Virus record (IMG/VR): IMGVR_UViG_3300036766_002289 | Span: 124,001-188,000 of that record | Reading direction: 5' to 3' (one strand) | DNA length: 64,000 nt | Shown here: positions 1-10,052 of the stretch, piece by piece | Numbering within the stretch: the first letter of the stretch is position 1 | Layout of the letters: every line of letters begins with the position of its first letter | The notes under the pieces: model-generated | Databases searched by the model: none | What the model saw: the letters and a program-made list of their open reading frames with translations, nothing else | What the model was told of the DNA's origin: nothing | Program-made: the position numbers and the translations under genes

Positions 1-633
1 GCGTGACATTGAAAACCCTTCAGCAATAACTAATTGACTACTTGCACAACCCATAAATACTTTTGATTTTGCAATCCAGGCGGTAGTTTCCAAGAAGTCT
101 AATCCAGTTTTATCAATGCCTATATCCCCAACATAATCGCCTTTAGCCCCAATTTGTACTATGTTAACTTTACTTGGGCCATTATCTAAATCCTTAATTA
201 AAGGAGTCCAGAAATCTTCACCTCTTGGGGCAACAATGATATATTCTTTATCTAATGTAGCCATATCTTCATATTCATAATATACCTTTTGATTCATTGG
301 TATATCTAAACTTTTACATATATGATCGGGAATATACATTTGTGGCACTTCGCGTATCCCTGCTTGATAGACCGCTTCATATTCGTTTTCATTTGGAACT
401 GGTAAGTACCAGGGTTGGATGCCTAATCCCATATGATCCATTACATAGTCTTCGTTAATAAGAAATTGGTCAATACAGGATTGATATTCCATGAGTCTTT
501 TTAGGGGGCGACAATATTCGCTGGTCCAGAAGTCCGCAACTGCATTATGTTTTTTGCATAGCCAGCGTACAGCTGTTAGGCAATACAAAACGTCTCCCAT
601 TTTTCCTGGCATTGCTACTGCTATCTTGTTCAT
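1..633 (-). CDS. GT9-like glycosyltransferase, partial (runs off window start)
   Basis: Manual translation MNKIAVAMPGKMGDVLYCLTAV...FMGCASSQLVIAEG is open to position 1. The GxxGD motif and C-terminal FxGxxS motif resemble heptosyltransferase-like GT-B proteins. Confidence 0.6.
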   Translation of the reverse strand, partial: MNKIAVAMPGKMGDVLYCLTAVRWLCKKHNAVADFWTSEYCRPLKRLMEYQSCIDQFLINEDYVMDHMGLGIQPWYLPVPNENEYEAVYQAGIREVPQMYIPDHICKSLDIPMNQKVYYEYEDMATLDKEYIIVAPRGEDFWTPLIKDLDNGPSKVNIVQIGAKGDYVGDIGIDKTGLDFLETTAWIAKSKVFMGCASSQLVIAEGFSMSR

Positions 634-634
634 G
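605..634. repeat. 30-bp direct repeat, copy 1 (copy 2 at 1378-1407)
   Basis: CCTGGCATTGCTACTGCTATCTTGTTCATG is identical at both sites. Confidence 0.95.
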
Positions 635-654
635 CAGTTATTATAGAATAATGA

Positions 655-1287
655 CTAAATTTTTAAGATAAAAGAATCTTGATTATACACAACCCGCTCT
701 ATTGCTGCCCATTTAGGATTATTTTCATAGATAGTTTTGATTTCTTCAGTGGTGAAGTGGGCAAGTGGGTCTTTATTATAATTATTTAATGATGTTTTTG
801 TTTTAGTAAATTTAATAATTTGTTCATCAATAGAATAAAATTTGTTTACTAAATTTAAAAAATCGGATTGAATGTTTTCGCACCTTAACCAATAATCAAT
901 ATTGAAGTTAGCTACATAATAGTCGATCATCCAATCTCCTAAAGTAGAAAGAGTTTCTGGTTGATTCTGGACTGAATAAGGTGGTGGTAAATATAATTTG
1001 TAGTTTTTATCAAAATAAGCTGCCTTATCTGGGACCGTTGAAATACCACCAGTGAATAAATGATGATAAATAAAACTTAAAATAAAATTTGGTAGTCTTC
1101 TAATATTAAGAATAAGTTTTTTATCTTTAATTAGGTCTATTCTTTCCGAAAATGGAGCATGTTTGTTATTATCATCAGGGTCAGCAAATATAATTTTATC
1201 AGGAATGGAATTTATAAAAAATGCACTGGTTGCATCACCAGCAGTTTTGGGCATATGTCCCCATGAAAAATCATCTGTAACAATCAT
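655..1287 (-). CDS. Sulfotransferase-family-like protein
   Basis: N-terminal HMPKTAG resembles the PAPS-binding loop; RCENIQSDF resembles the RFENLxxDF motif. Confidence 0.5.
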   Translation of the reverse strand: MIVTDDFSWGHMPKTAGDATSAFFINSIPDKIIFADPDDNNKHAPFSERIDLIKDKKLILNIRRLPNFILSFIYHHLFTGGISTVPDKAAYFDKNYKLYLPPPYSVQNQPETLSTLGDWMIDYYVANFNIDYWLRCENIQSDFLNLVNKFYSIDEQIIKFTKTKTSLNNYNKDPLAHFTTEEIKTIYENNPKWAAIERVVYNQDSFILKI

Positions 1288-1377
1288 TGTATATATCTAT
1301 CTATAGCTGCGTTAGCTATATAATCAATCTATTTCTGGTCATGCTCAAGATTTTATATAACCATAACTCACTTTTTC

Positions 1378-1407
1378 CCTGGCATTGCTACTGCTATCTT
1401 GTTCATG
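1378..1407. repeat. 30-bp direct repeat, copy 2; encodes 12-codon stub MNKIAVAMPGKK* (1368-1406, minus strand)
   Basis: Identical to 605-634. Confidence 0.95.
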
Positions 1408-1439
1408 TAAATATTATAGAAAGTTGAATACATATTTTT

Positions 1440-2087
1440 ATGGAATATGTAACAGAAGGTGCCCCTGAGTATGCAATGACCTTATTTCCCCCAGGTTTTA
1501 AAGGTGTATGCGTCGATGTAGGTGCCTATGACTCTAAATGGATTAATAATACATGGATTTTTGAGAAAGCTGGCTGGGAGACGTATTGTATTGAACCTAA
1601 TCCCAAATGTATTCCAACCCTTAAAAAAGAAAGAAAAAATGTATTAGAATATGCTTGTGGTGCTGCCAATCAAGACGATGTTGATTTCTTTGTTTATACA
1701 GTTGAAACTGTAGGAGAAGCTGCTGGCAGTGGTTTAATTGACCACTGTGCTGGGCCTCAAGGCGAATATCACAAAACAATCTTCACTAGAAAAGAAAAAG
1801 TTAAAGTTAGAACTCTGGATTGGCTGATGGAAAATGAAATCAAGCAAGACCACGTTGACTATGTTTCTATTGACGTAGAAAGAAACGAAATGAATGTCTT
1901 AAGGGGGTTTGACCTTGCTAGATGGAAGGTTAATGTAGTTCTTATTGAGAATCTTGAGCATGACCAAGAACAGCGTGATTATATGGTTGAAGCTGGCTAT
2001 AGATACATCCATCGCATGACATTTAATGATTTCTATGTAACGCACGCCTTTTACGATAATATGAAAGACTATTATCAATTTCCGTAA
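1440..2087 (+). CDS. FkbM family methyltransferase
   Basis: VDVGAYD, IEPNP, VKVRTLD and SIDVE motifs. Confidence 0.85.
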   Translation: MEYVTEGAPEYAMTLFPPGFKGVCVDVGAYDSKWINNTWIFEKAGWETYCIEPNPKCIPTLKKERKNVLEYACGAANQDDVDFFVYTVETVGEAAGSGLIDHCAGPQGEYHKTIFTRKEKVKVRTLDWLMENEIKQDHVDYVSIDVERNEMNVLRGFDLARWKVNVVLIENLEHDQEQRDYMVEAGYRYIHRMTFNDFYVTHAFYDNMKDYYQFP

Positions 2088-2374
2088 GTCTTCATTGATA
2101 CTGAATCTAAACTAAAATTCAATAACTCGTCAATACTCTTGATGAGTTTGTTTCTTTTGGCGTTCAGGAGTTGGCAATCTTTACTGTATTTGGCTATTTC
2201 TTCATCGGTTCCGCCACCCATGATTTTTTCTTGAAGAAACCAGATTTTCATATTGACCGTGAAAATTTCGTCTACTAGTAAACCTGGAGTCTTGACACAT
2301 ATAGAATCCTGATACATATAGTCATATATTCTTTTAATGAAGAATCTGAATTGGTCTTTAATAAATTTAATCAT
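2075..2374 (-). CDS. DUF4254-like helical protein
   Basis: KIWFLQE...LNAKRNKLIKSIDELL pattern. Confidence 0.45.
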   Translation of the reverse strand: MIKFIKDQFRFFIKRIYDYMYQDSICVKTPGLLVDEIFTVNMKIWFLQEKIMGGGTDEEIAKYSKDCQLLNAKRNKLIKSIDELLNFSLDSVSMKTYGN

Positions 2375-4659
2375 ATAATTACAAATTTAGGACAAGGGAC
2401 TATGAATTTACCACCGTTCTTTAGGAAGTCTGCTTCTCTTGCTACAAATTCATTTATAAAGTGCCAAGGCAAGACAAGCAGATAATCTGGCTTAGCTTTT
2501 CTCATTTCTTCTTCGGAACAAATAGGAATATTGGTTCCTATTGTTTTGAGTCCAAATTTGGCAGGACTTCTCTCAGCAATACCATCTATTAAAGTGTTAT
2601 CTAATTTGAAATATTGGAGTAAGGTATTGCCTTTTGTACTTGCGCCATACCCCCACACAGTTTTACCTTTTGCTTTTTCTTGTTTTATAAAGCTTACAGT
2701 TTTATCTTTAAGGTCATTAATTTTGTTGAAAAAATCTTTCCATGTCTCTTCACAGTCTAGTTTAAGTGTTTTTTCATATTCTAGAATTGAGTTTACTCTA
2801 AAACTACAAACATCTCGATATGGTTGAGAAGAGAAATTCTTGGAAGTGGCAGAGTATTTCATGGCATAAACCCTGAATGAGCCACCATTTATGTCATTTA
2901 ACTGGCAATCCATGATTTTAAACCCATTCTTTTCAAGTAGGGTTTTTATGTTGAAGAGGGAATAATAATACAAATGCTCGTGGCAATTATGAACTATTGC
3001 ATTAGAAACGAGATAAGTATTGTCTTCGGTTTCAATGTTGTAAACTATTCCATCATAATGTTCGGTTTTGATTTTACTAATTGGGACGTAGGTGAAATTA
3101 TCGTCGGAATAATATCTTAAAGAGTCTCTTCTATTGTGATAAAAAGACGTGAAGATTTTATCTAGAACTTTATTTTTACCTCTTAATTGCCAAGAATCTT
3201 TTGAAATGACCTTCCCACCTCGTATTTCTCTTTCATAAGGTTTCACATAAGAAAATCCAGTCATTGCGTTTAGATTTGCGAGCATTAATTGAACTTGATA
3301 TATTAAAGTTTTGGAAGCAGAATGTAATCCTACCTGATTGTCGATATAACCATCGCCGTTAACTAGTCCATTTAAAAAAGGTATGGTTATATCTTGAGTT
3401 GCATTAAAGATAAAATCTGGTATTTTTTTATTCAATGCACCTTTGCCGAACCATTCTTCAAACACTCTTGCCAATGCAGTGCAGGATATTTGTACATCCA
3501 TTCCTTCAGATACTTTACTTTCATAAATTCTAGTTTTATAACCAATCTTTAAAAATACTTTTTTAAGCTTGTCTGCGTAATCTTTTTCATTTTTGTTTAA
3601 TGAGAAATTAATATGCAAATTAGTTGGTCTTCCATTTATGTATCCTTCAGCGACATATAACCCCATCATCCATAAGATTTCATTAGTTAGAGTTAAATTT
3701 TTAAGACCTCTTCTATAATTGGGACTATCTGTTTTGTTGTATTTGGATAAATCTATTTTTCTATTTGTTTCTTTTGCTTTTAATTTTGGCAGCAACAAAT
3801 AGTCACCAGTTTTAATATCTTTAGCATCGACCCATTTAGGTGTGCTGTGGATATCTTTTGTCGTTAAAATTGGATGTTCTGGAGTACATTCTATTTCTTC
3901 TAAATATAGAGCTTTTATTTTAATCATCTCCCCTTTGTAGGGTCTACTGAATTTTTTCATTACCTTAGTATAATCGCCGTTTTTACCAATTACTTCATCG
4001 CCCACATTAATTTCAGATATTGGTTTGTTGGCACCTGTGATAAAAGCATCAGGTTTAAAACATATGTTATCAAAAGCAGTTTGTTGGAGCATTAAAGGAG
4101 TATAGCTCATTTGCATGACCCATATACCTTCATCTTCTAAGATTTCCCATACATCTTGAATGAATTTATCTGGGTGTTCTAGGTCATAAAACATGGCTAT
4201 AGATGTAACAATTTTAGCTTTTAATTCACCGAACATTGACTTTTTGAATACTTCTGCACTGAAATAGTCTTGGATTATAATATTAGCATGGATTTTGGCT
4301 TCTTCCTTAAAAGTGTCATCGGCGGGGTCAATGCCCATCTTAAATATGCCTCTGGGCACAAAGCTAAGAAGGGTTCCATCGTTACTAGCAATGTCTATCC
4401 ACAGGTCGTCATTGTCTAGTTTAGAAATACTGCAAATTGAGTCCACAATGCCTTTAAGTTCGTTTCTCATTGTGGCATTTATACCAGACCTATACCAGTA
4501 TTTGCCATACATGGCATCGAGTGGTGCTGATTTATCTAATCTTACTGCCCCACTATCTTCCAACATTAGTTTCATTTCAACCTTATTTGTTTGCGGCTCA
4601 GCATCTTTTGCGATAAAATCAGAGATGTATAGTTCGCCCAAAGTAAATAATTCTTTCAT
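2371..4659 (-). CDS. NDP-sugar C-methyltransferase (NovU/TylC3-like), intein-containing
   Basis: DIASNDGTLL, FDNI/CHEHLYYYS, INGGSFR, GYGASTKGNTLL and LPWHF motifs. Confidence 0.9.
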   Translation of the reverse strand: MKELFTLGELYISDFIAKDAEPQTNKVEMKLMLEDSGAVRLDKSAPLDAMYGKYWYRSGINATMRNELKGIVDSICSISKLDNDDLWIDIASNDGTLLSFVPRGIFKMGIDPADDTFKEEAKIHANIIIQDYFSAEVFKKSMFGELKAKIVTSIAMFYDLEHPDKFIQDVWEILEDEGIWVMQMSYTPLMLQQTAFDNICFKPDAFITGANKPISEINVGDEVIGKNGDYTKVMKKFSRPYKGEMIKIKALYLEEIECTPEHPILTTKDIHSTPKWVDAKDIKTGDYLLLPKLKAKETNRKIDLSKYNKTDSPNYRRGLKNLTLTNEILWMMGLYVAEGYINGRPTNLHINFSLNKNEKDYADKLKKVFLKIGYKTRIYESKVSEGMDVQISCTALARVFEEWFGKGALNKKIPDFIFNATQDITIPFLNGLVNGDGYIDNQVGLHSASKTLIYQVQLMLANLNAMTGFSYVKPYEREIRGGKVISKDSWQLRGKNKVLDKIFTSFYHNRRDSLRYYSDDNFTYVPISKIKTEHYDGIVYNIETEDNTYLVSNAIVHNCHEHLYYYSLFNIKTLLEKNGFKIMDCQLNDINGGSFRVYAMKYSATSKNFSSQPYRDVCSFRVNSILEYEKTLKLDCEETWKDFFNKINDLKDKTVSFIKQEKAKGKTVWGYGASTKGNTLLQYFKLDNTLIDGIAERSPAKFGLKTIGTNIPICSEEEMRKAKPDYLLVLPWHFINEFVAREADFLKNGGKFIVPCPKFVII
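2986..4062 (-). mobile_element. Intein (359 aa) with LAGLIDADG homing endonuclease
   Basis: Starts CFKPDAFITG, has block B ECTPEHPIL, motifs MGLYVAEG and NGLVNGDG, ends IVHN, followed by extein Cys+1 (CHEH). Confidence 0.93.
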
Positions 4660-4708
4660 GTTTTACCTGTTCCAATTAATACTATAATAGTGTAAGGAAC
4701 TTGGATTT

Positions 4709-5542
4709 ATGAATTTGAAAACCAAAAAAATCACATGCAAACAGTGCCAAGTAATTTTTGAGTGTAAAGATAATAAAAAAAATGAAAATAGAGTGTGTTG
4801 TTCTCATCATTGTTCATCTGTTTTAAATGGTCTCAGCAATAAAGGCAAACAACGCACGAATGAATTTAAGAAAAGCCATTCAATAAGGTTCAGTGGAGTA
4901 AATAATCCTTTCTTTGGAAGGCAACATTCCATTGAGAGTAAGACTAGGATGAGTGAAAACAATAAATGGCATGATGAAGACTTTAACTATTGCGATTTGT
5001 CTGAATCACAGAAAGAGGTATTAGATGGCATAATGTTATCGGACGGTCACTTAGACGCATCTAATACGTCGGCCCGTATTACTTACGGAAGCAAGTTTAG
5101 GGAAACTTTAGAAGATATTAAAAGTGAATTTTCAAATCTGCATTTCAGTGAGCCTTGGAAATCAAAAGTAAATTGTTATCATTTTAAATCAGCGTATTAT
5201 AAAAACTTGTTAGAAGAACGGCACAGATGGTATCCAAATGATTATAAAATTGTGCCTTCTGACGTTCGGATTACTCCACTATCTTGTCAATGGTGGTTTA
5301 TGGGCGATGGTTATCAAGTTGATTATGGTGTCATGTTATGTACGGATGCTTTTAATGCAGAAAGCATTAAAATATTAGTGGAAAAATTAGATTTTGATTG
5401 TCACAGGACTATCAGTAATAGAATAAGAATCAATAGTCGATCCGCTACGAATTTTTTGAATTGGACTAGGGATGCTGCGACTATACCAAAGCAGTATTTA
5501 TACAAATGGGGTAATCACAGGAGGCAGAAACTTGTTAAATAA
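4709..5542 (+). CDS. Free-standing homing endonuclease (NUMOD3 + LAGLIDADG_2)
   Basis: NNPFFGRQHSIESK; VLDGIMLSDG and WWFMGDG. Confidence 0.85.
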   Translation: MNLKTKKITCKQCQVIFECKDNKKNENRVCCSHHCSSVLNGLSNKGKQRTNEFKKSHSIRFSGVNNPFFGRQHSIESKTRMSENNKWHDEDFNYCDLSESQKEVLDGIMLSDGHLDASNTSARITYGSKFRETLEDIKSEFSNLHFSEPWKSKVNCYHFKSAYYKNLLEERHRWYPNDYKIVPSDVRITPLSCQWWFMGDGYQVDYGVMLCTDAFNAESIKILVEKLDFDCHRTISNRIRINSRSATNFLNWTRDAATIPKQYLYKWGNHRRQKLVK

Positions 5543-6557
5543 AAAGATTGTTTTTTGCACAGGAATAAATGGCCAAGACGGAAGTTATTTGGCTGAAAGA
5601 CTGTTAGAAGATGGCTACAAGGTTCATGGTTTAATAAGGCGTAGTTCCTTGCCAAATACGGGACGAATAACACATATAATAGACAAAATTACATTAGAAA
5701 CTGGAGATATGACTGATTGTTCTAATTTAAGTAGGCTAATTCGTGCCCTTCAACCCACAGAAATTTACAATTTAGCTGCCCAAAGTGACGTTAAAACATC
5801 GTTCACAATGCAGGAATTCACTGCTCAAACTAACGCAGTTGGTGTCTTACATATTTTAGAGGCAGTTAAAAGTCATTCCCCACATACTCGGGTTTATCAA
5901 GCTTCTACTTCGGAATTGTACGGGGGGAAGAATGTCCCAATAACTGGATACAATGAAGATAGTCCATTTAGGCCAAGAAGTCCATATGCAGTAGCAAAGC
6001 TTTATGCATATTGGATGTGTCGAATGTATAGGGAGGCTTATGGGACTTTTGCCGCTAATGGGATTCTAATGAATCACGAAAGTCCCCGTCGTGGGGAGAA
6101 TTTCGTGACTAAAAAAATCACTTCATGGTGTGGGCGCTATAAAAAATCACTTCATGGCGGCGCAAATTGGCCAGGTGTTTTAGAGCTTGGTAACTTGGAG
6201 AGTTTCCGTGATTGGGGTCATGCCAAAGATTATATTGAAGCAATGATTCTTATCAATAGGCATTCTGAACCTGATGATTGGGTCGTTGCCACGGGTGAAA
6301 CCCATAGTATCCGTGAATTTGTGCAGAATTGTTTTGATTGGATGAATATCAAACTAGAATGGCAAGGAAGTGGCTTAGGCGAAGTTGGCTTAGTGGATGG
6401 GAAGAAAGTAATTGCCATTAGCGAAGAATTCTTTCGGCCATCTGAAGTGGATAGATTATTAGGCGATAGTAGTAAGATTCGTAGCAAACTCGGTTGGAAG
6501 CCTAAATTTAGTTTCAGTGATTTGATTGATGACATGATGACTTATGAGGTGAATTAA
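5532..6557 (+). CDS. gmd: GDP-mannose 4,6-dehydratase
   Basis: TGINGQDGSYLAE, YNLAAQS, QASTSELYG, SPYAVAKLY, RDWGHAKDY. A TTG start at 5532 follows AGGAGG. Confidence 0.95.
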   Translation: MLNKKIVFCTGINGQDGSYLAERLLEDGYKVHGLIRRSSLPNTGRITHIIDKITLETGDMTDCSNLSRLIRALQPTEIYNLAAQSDVKTSFTMQEFTAQTNAVGVLHILEAVKSHSPHTRVYQASTSELYGGKNVPITGYNEDSPFRPRSPYAVAKLYAYWMCRMYREAYGTFAANGILMNHESPRRGENFVTKKITSWCGRYKKSLHGGANWPGVLELGNLESFRDWGHAKDYIEAMILINRHSEPDDWVVATGETHSIREFVQNCFDWMNIKLEWQGSGLGEVGLVDGKKVIAISEEFFRPSEVDRLLGDSSKIRSKLGWKPKFSFSDLIDDMMTYEVN

Positions 6558-7480
6558 TGAAAAAAGGTTTATTCATTAATCAAATAAAAACTCAGTGTAG
6601 CATTTATGAGTCTGGAGTAATGATTTATAATGCTCTTAAAGCCAACCCAAATTTTCAATTAGATTACATAGAAACCACATGCAATTTTAGTATTACAGAA
6701 AAATATGACTTCTGTGTGGTGAACTGGCATCATTGCACGATGCCTTTTACCAAAACACAGATTCAACAGCTGCCAGGGTTGAAAATAGGCATTAATTTGG
6801 AAGTATCACCATTAAATTGCATTCCTTATATGCCTGGGGACATATTTGATGCTTATATGATAATCGACCCAACTAAAGTCAAGGAAGGGAACTTTTTCCC
6901 ATTTCCAAGACCTTTAGAAGTTGTGGATGGTTTGAAGCCTTTGTTAGATGGAAATAAGATGGTTGTAGGAGCGTTTGGATTTTGTGGTAACAATGACAAG
7001 CGTTTCAATGAAATCATAGAGTATTTTAACACAACTGGTGAAGAATGCATCATAAGATTTAATTTCCCATTTGCGACTTACATGCCCGATAATCACATTT
7101 TTGTAAGCTCATATGTACAAAATTTAAAACTGAAAGTCAAATCTCCTAATATAGATTTAAGAATTACACATCATTACATGTCCAAGCCTGAGTTGGTGAG
7201 ATGGTGTTCAGAGCATACAATTAATGCATTTCCTTATTATAGGAACATTCCTGGTTTGGCAGCTGTAACCGATCAGGCAATATCTTCAGGTAGGCCATTA
7301 GCGGTATCAAATTGTTCCACATTTCGACATTTGTTCAAGTATATATCTTATTATCCTAAACAGAGTTACAAGGAACTGATGGTTTCTACTCTAGACGGCA
7401 TTAAACAGATGCAAATTGATTGGAGTACTGGCAGATTTAATGCTAGGTTTAATGAATTGTTAATTGAGAAGGGACTATAA
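6557..7480 (+). CDS. Hypothetical glycosyltransferase-like protein (paralogous to the two halves of 7481-9445)
   Basis: Shared QCxxY...PRPL...G.FGF...GL..V.D.A.S..RP pattern; lies in the glycan cluster. Confidence 0.55.
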   Translation: MKKGLFINQIKTQCSIYESGVMIYNALKANPNFQLDYIETTCNFSITEKYDFCVVNWHHCTMPFTKTQIQQLPGLKIGINLEVSPLNCIPYMPGDIFDAYMIIDPTKVKEGNFFPFPRPLEVVDGLKPLLDGNKMVVGAFGFCGNNDKRFNEIIEYFNTTGEECIIRFNFPFATYMPDNHIFVSSYVQNLKLKVKSPNIDLRITHHYMSKPELVRWCSEHTINAFPYYRNIPGLAAVTDQAISSGRPLAVSNCSTFRHLFKYISYYPKQSYKELMVSTLDGIKQMQIDWSTGRFNARFNELLIEKGL

Positions 7481-9445
7481 TTGGCAAGATATACACATAA
7501 AACTCAACTAGAGTTATTACAGGAACAAATAGAAATAAGTAAGACTCTACAGGAGCAAGTCAAATTAAGGCCAGTTGATAAACCAATTGGCAGACCAAGA
7601 GTTCTGCTATTAAATCATACTCATGTCCAATGCGGAGTATATCAATTTGGTAAAAGGGTTTATGAATTAGCGGCCAGATCAAAAAAAGTTGATTATTTTT
7701 ATAAAGATTTAAACAGTCATGCCGAATATGTTAAAGTTCTTGATGAAGTTAAGCCCCATTATGTAATTTACAACTGGCATTGGGACAGGATGCCTTGGTT
7801 GAGAGATAAGGATATTATAACTAACAAGGCCATGAAGCATTATTTCATTTATCATGATGGTTCTATGATGGAGGTGTATGATAAATATTTGTTTTTTGGA
7901 GAATATGACCCACAGAAAAAAGATGCAGTAAACAATAGAATCCTTTTACCAAGACCTTTATTCCCATACGAAGGTAAGTATCCTGTCAATACAGTGCCAA
8001 CAATAGGTAGTTTTGGTTTTGCCTTTACGCACAAACGTTTTCCAGAACTAGTTACGTTAGTAAATAATCAATTTAGTGAAGCTGTGATAAACATTCATAT
8101 GACTTTGCCATTTTTTGGAGACAGTGCTGGTGGGAAAATCGCTGACATTGTGAAGGCTTGTCATAAGAATAATTTCAGAAAAGAAGTGACATTAAATGTT
8201 ACGCAACATTTTATGGATGACCAGCAATTATTAAGCTTTTTGGCCAAAAATGATATCAATGTTTTCAACTATGCAGACCAACATAATCCAGGTTTGTCCA
8301 GTGTCCCTGATTATGCTTTGTCTGTTAAGAGACCGATAGCAATTACTAGTAATATGATGTTTCGGCACATAGCCAGTGAAGGTATTATGTTGGAGAAGAA
8401 TAGTATAAAAGAGATATTGAATAAAGGCATAGGCCCTGTAGAGCAATACCATGATAAATGGTCGATTAATAATTTTACTTCAAGTATGGAACAATTGTTT
8501 TTACCAGAGAGAAGTATGTCCCTTTTAAAGCCAGAAGTGTTGTTTGTAAATCATAAAATCCCTAATTGTGGAGTTTACCAATTTGGCAAACGTGCATATG
8601 AGCAGGTTGCGGCATCTGATAGGGTTGAGTATTCTTATAAGGAAGTAGATTCGACAGGGGAAATTGAGGCAATATTTAGAAACCCCCCAAAACATATTGT
8701 TTTCAATTGGCACCGTGCAACAATGCCGTGCTTAACAGAGCAAATGGTTATAAACAACAAAAAGTCGAAGCATTATTTCCTTTTTCATGAAGAAGTCATA
8801 AGGCAAAACTATAACAAATATTTCTTTTTTGGGGATTATGATATTGGTAATAAAAGAGTGCCGCTTAGTAAGAGTGAATTATTGCCCAGACCTTTGTTTA
8901 CTTACACTGGTAATTATCCAGTTAATGAAATTTTTACTGTTGGCAGTTTCGGTTTTGGGTTTTGGAATAAGGGGTTTCATGTATTGGTCAATCGCATTAA
9001 TATGGAATTTGACAATGCTATTATCAACTTACATATACCTTATTCTCATTTTGGTGATCCAGATAAATCACAAACGCACGCAGTTATAGCCGCCTGTAGA
9101 AGATTGAATGTTAAGCCTGGTATAAAACTCAACATTACTCAGTCATTCCTAACTAATGATGAAATATTGACCTTTTTAGCTGGCAATGATATCAATGCTT
9201 TTCTTTATTCAGATAATGGGGAAGGACTGTCCAGTGCAGTTGATTATGCTTTGTCGGTTAAGCGACCAATGATGATTACAGATTGTCAGATGTTCAGGCA
9301 CTTCAAAATGAATGAAATAGCCGCAGAATGTAATACAACAATGAGTATTTACAATCGCGGGCTTCAGCCTTTAGAAAAAGTTCGTGAAGATTGGGCAACA
9401 GAGAAACTTATAAATCAAATGGATGAGGTGTTCCTTTATGAATAA
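7481..9445 (+). CDS. Hypothetical glycosyltransferase-like protein with two tandem homologous domains
   Basis: CGVYQFGKR, LPRPLF, GSFGF and DYALSVKRP each occur twice. Confidence 0.65.
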   Translation: MARYTHKTQLELLQEQIEISKTLQEQVKLRPVDKPIGRPRVLLLNHTHVQCGVYQFGKRVYELAARSKKVDYFYKDLNSHAEYVKVLDEVKPHYVIYNWHWDRMPWLRDKDIITNKAMKHYFIYHDGSMMEVYDKYLFFGEYDPQKKDAVNNRILLPRPLFPYEGKYPVNTVPTIGSFGFAFTHKRFPELVTLVNNQFSEAVINIHMTLPFFGDSAGGKIADIVKACHKNNFRKEVTLNVTQHFMDDQQLLSFLAKNDINVFNYADQHNPGLSSVPDYALSVKRPIAITSNMMFRHIASEGIMLEKNSIKEILNKGIGPVEQYHDKWSINNFTSSMEQLFLPERSMSLLKPEVLFVNHKIPNCGVYQFGKRAYEQVAASDRVEYSYKEVDSTGEIEAIFRNPPKHIVFNWHRATMPCLTEQMVINNKKSKHYFLFHEEVIRQNYNKYFFFGDYDIGNKRVPLSKSELLPRPLFTYTGNYPVNEIFTVGSFGFGFWNKGFHVLVNRINMEFDNAIINLHIPYSHFGDPDKSQTHAVIAACRRLNVKPGIKLNITQSFLTNDEILTFLAGNDINAFLYSDNGEGLSSAVDYALSVKRPMMITDCQMFRHFKMNEIAAECNTTMSIYNRGLQPLEKVREDWATEKLINQMDEVFLYE

Positions 9446-10052
9446 AATACTTGGGGATGAAGATAGAGTGGCACTAGAGCCTCTGATTAGAGAAATGTTC
9501 CTGAAATGTCCAGAGATGATGGCTAGGAAATATCCTGACGCCAATGTTCAACAAGCATTCGTGTTGAACGAAGTATTGAAGCTAAATTCACCTAAAGATG
9601 TAGCAATGCTTTGTGTAGGATGCGTGGAAGATACAGCCGCCGAATACCTAAAAGTTAGTGGTTATAACGTAATTGGGATAGACCCAGAAATTAACCTTTC
9701 CCTCGCTGATTACAAGAAAATCGCAACTAATAAGTTCAATATAATCTTTTCAACTTCTGTTATTGAGCATGTGCCAGATGATGAACAATTTACCAAGGAT
9801 ATCTGTGAGTTACTTAACGTTGGGGGACATGCGATTCTAACCTGTGACTTCAGAGAAGCCCCAGGAAAAGTGCATCCATTGGATGTTAGATTCTATAAAG
9901 AGTTTGACTTGCTAAGAAGGTTAGGCAATATAATTGCCTCCTACAATTGTGAACTAGTGGGAGAACCAAACTGGAAAGGTGAGCCTAATTTTTGGTATGA
10001 CCATTATCATTATGGCTTTGCAACGTGGATGTTTACCAAAACTTCGGCATAG
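9423..10052 (+). CDS. Class I SAM-dependent methyltransferase
   Basis: IGIDP, STSVIEHV, LNVGG, ILTCD. Confidence 0.75.
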   Translation: MRCSFMNKILGDEDRVALEPLIREMFLKCPEMMARKYPDANVQQAFVLNEVLKLNSPKDVAMLCVGCVEDTAAEYLKVSGYNVIGIDPEINLSLADYKKIATNKFNIIFSTSVIEHVPDDEQFTKDICELLNVGGHAILTCDFREAPGKVHPLDVRFYKEFDLLRRLGNIIASYNCELVGEPNWKGEPNFWYDHYHYGFATWMFTKTSA

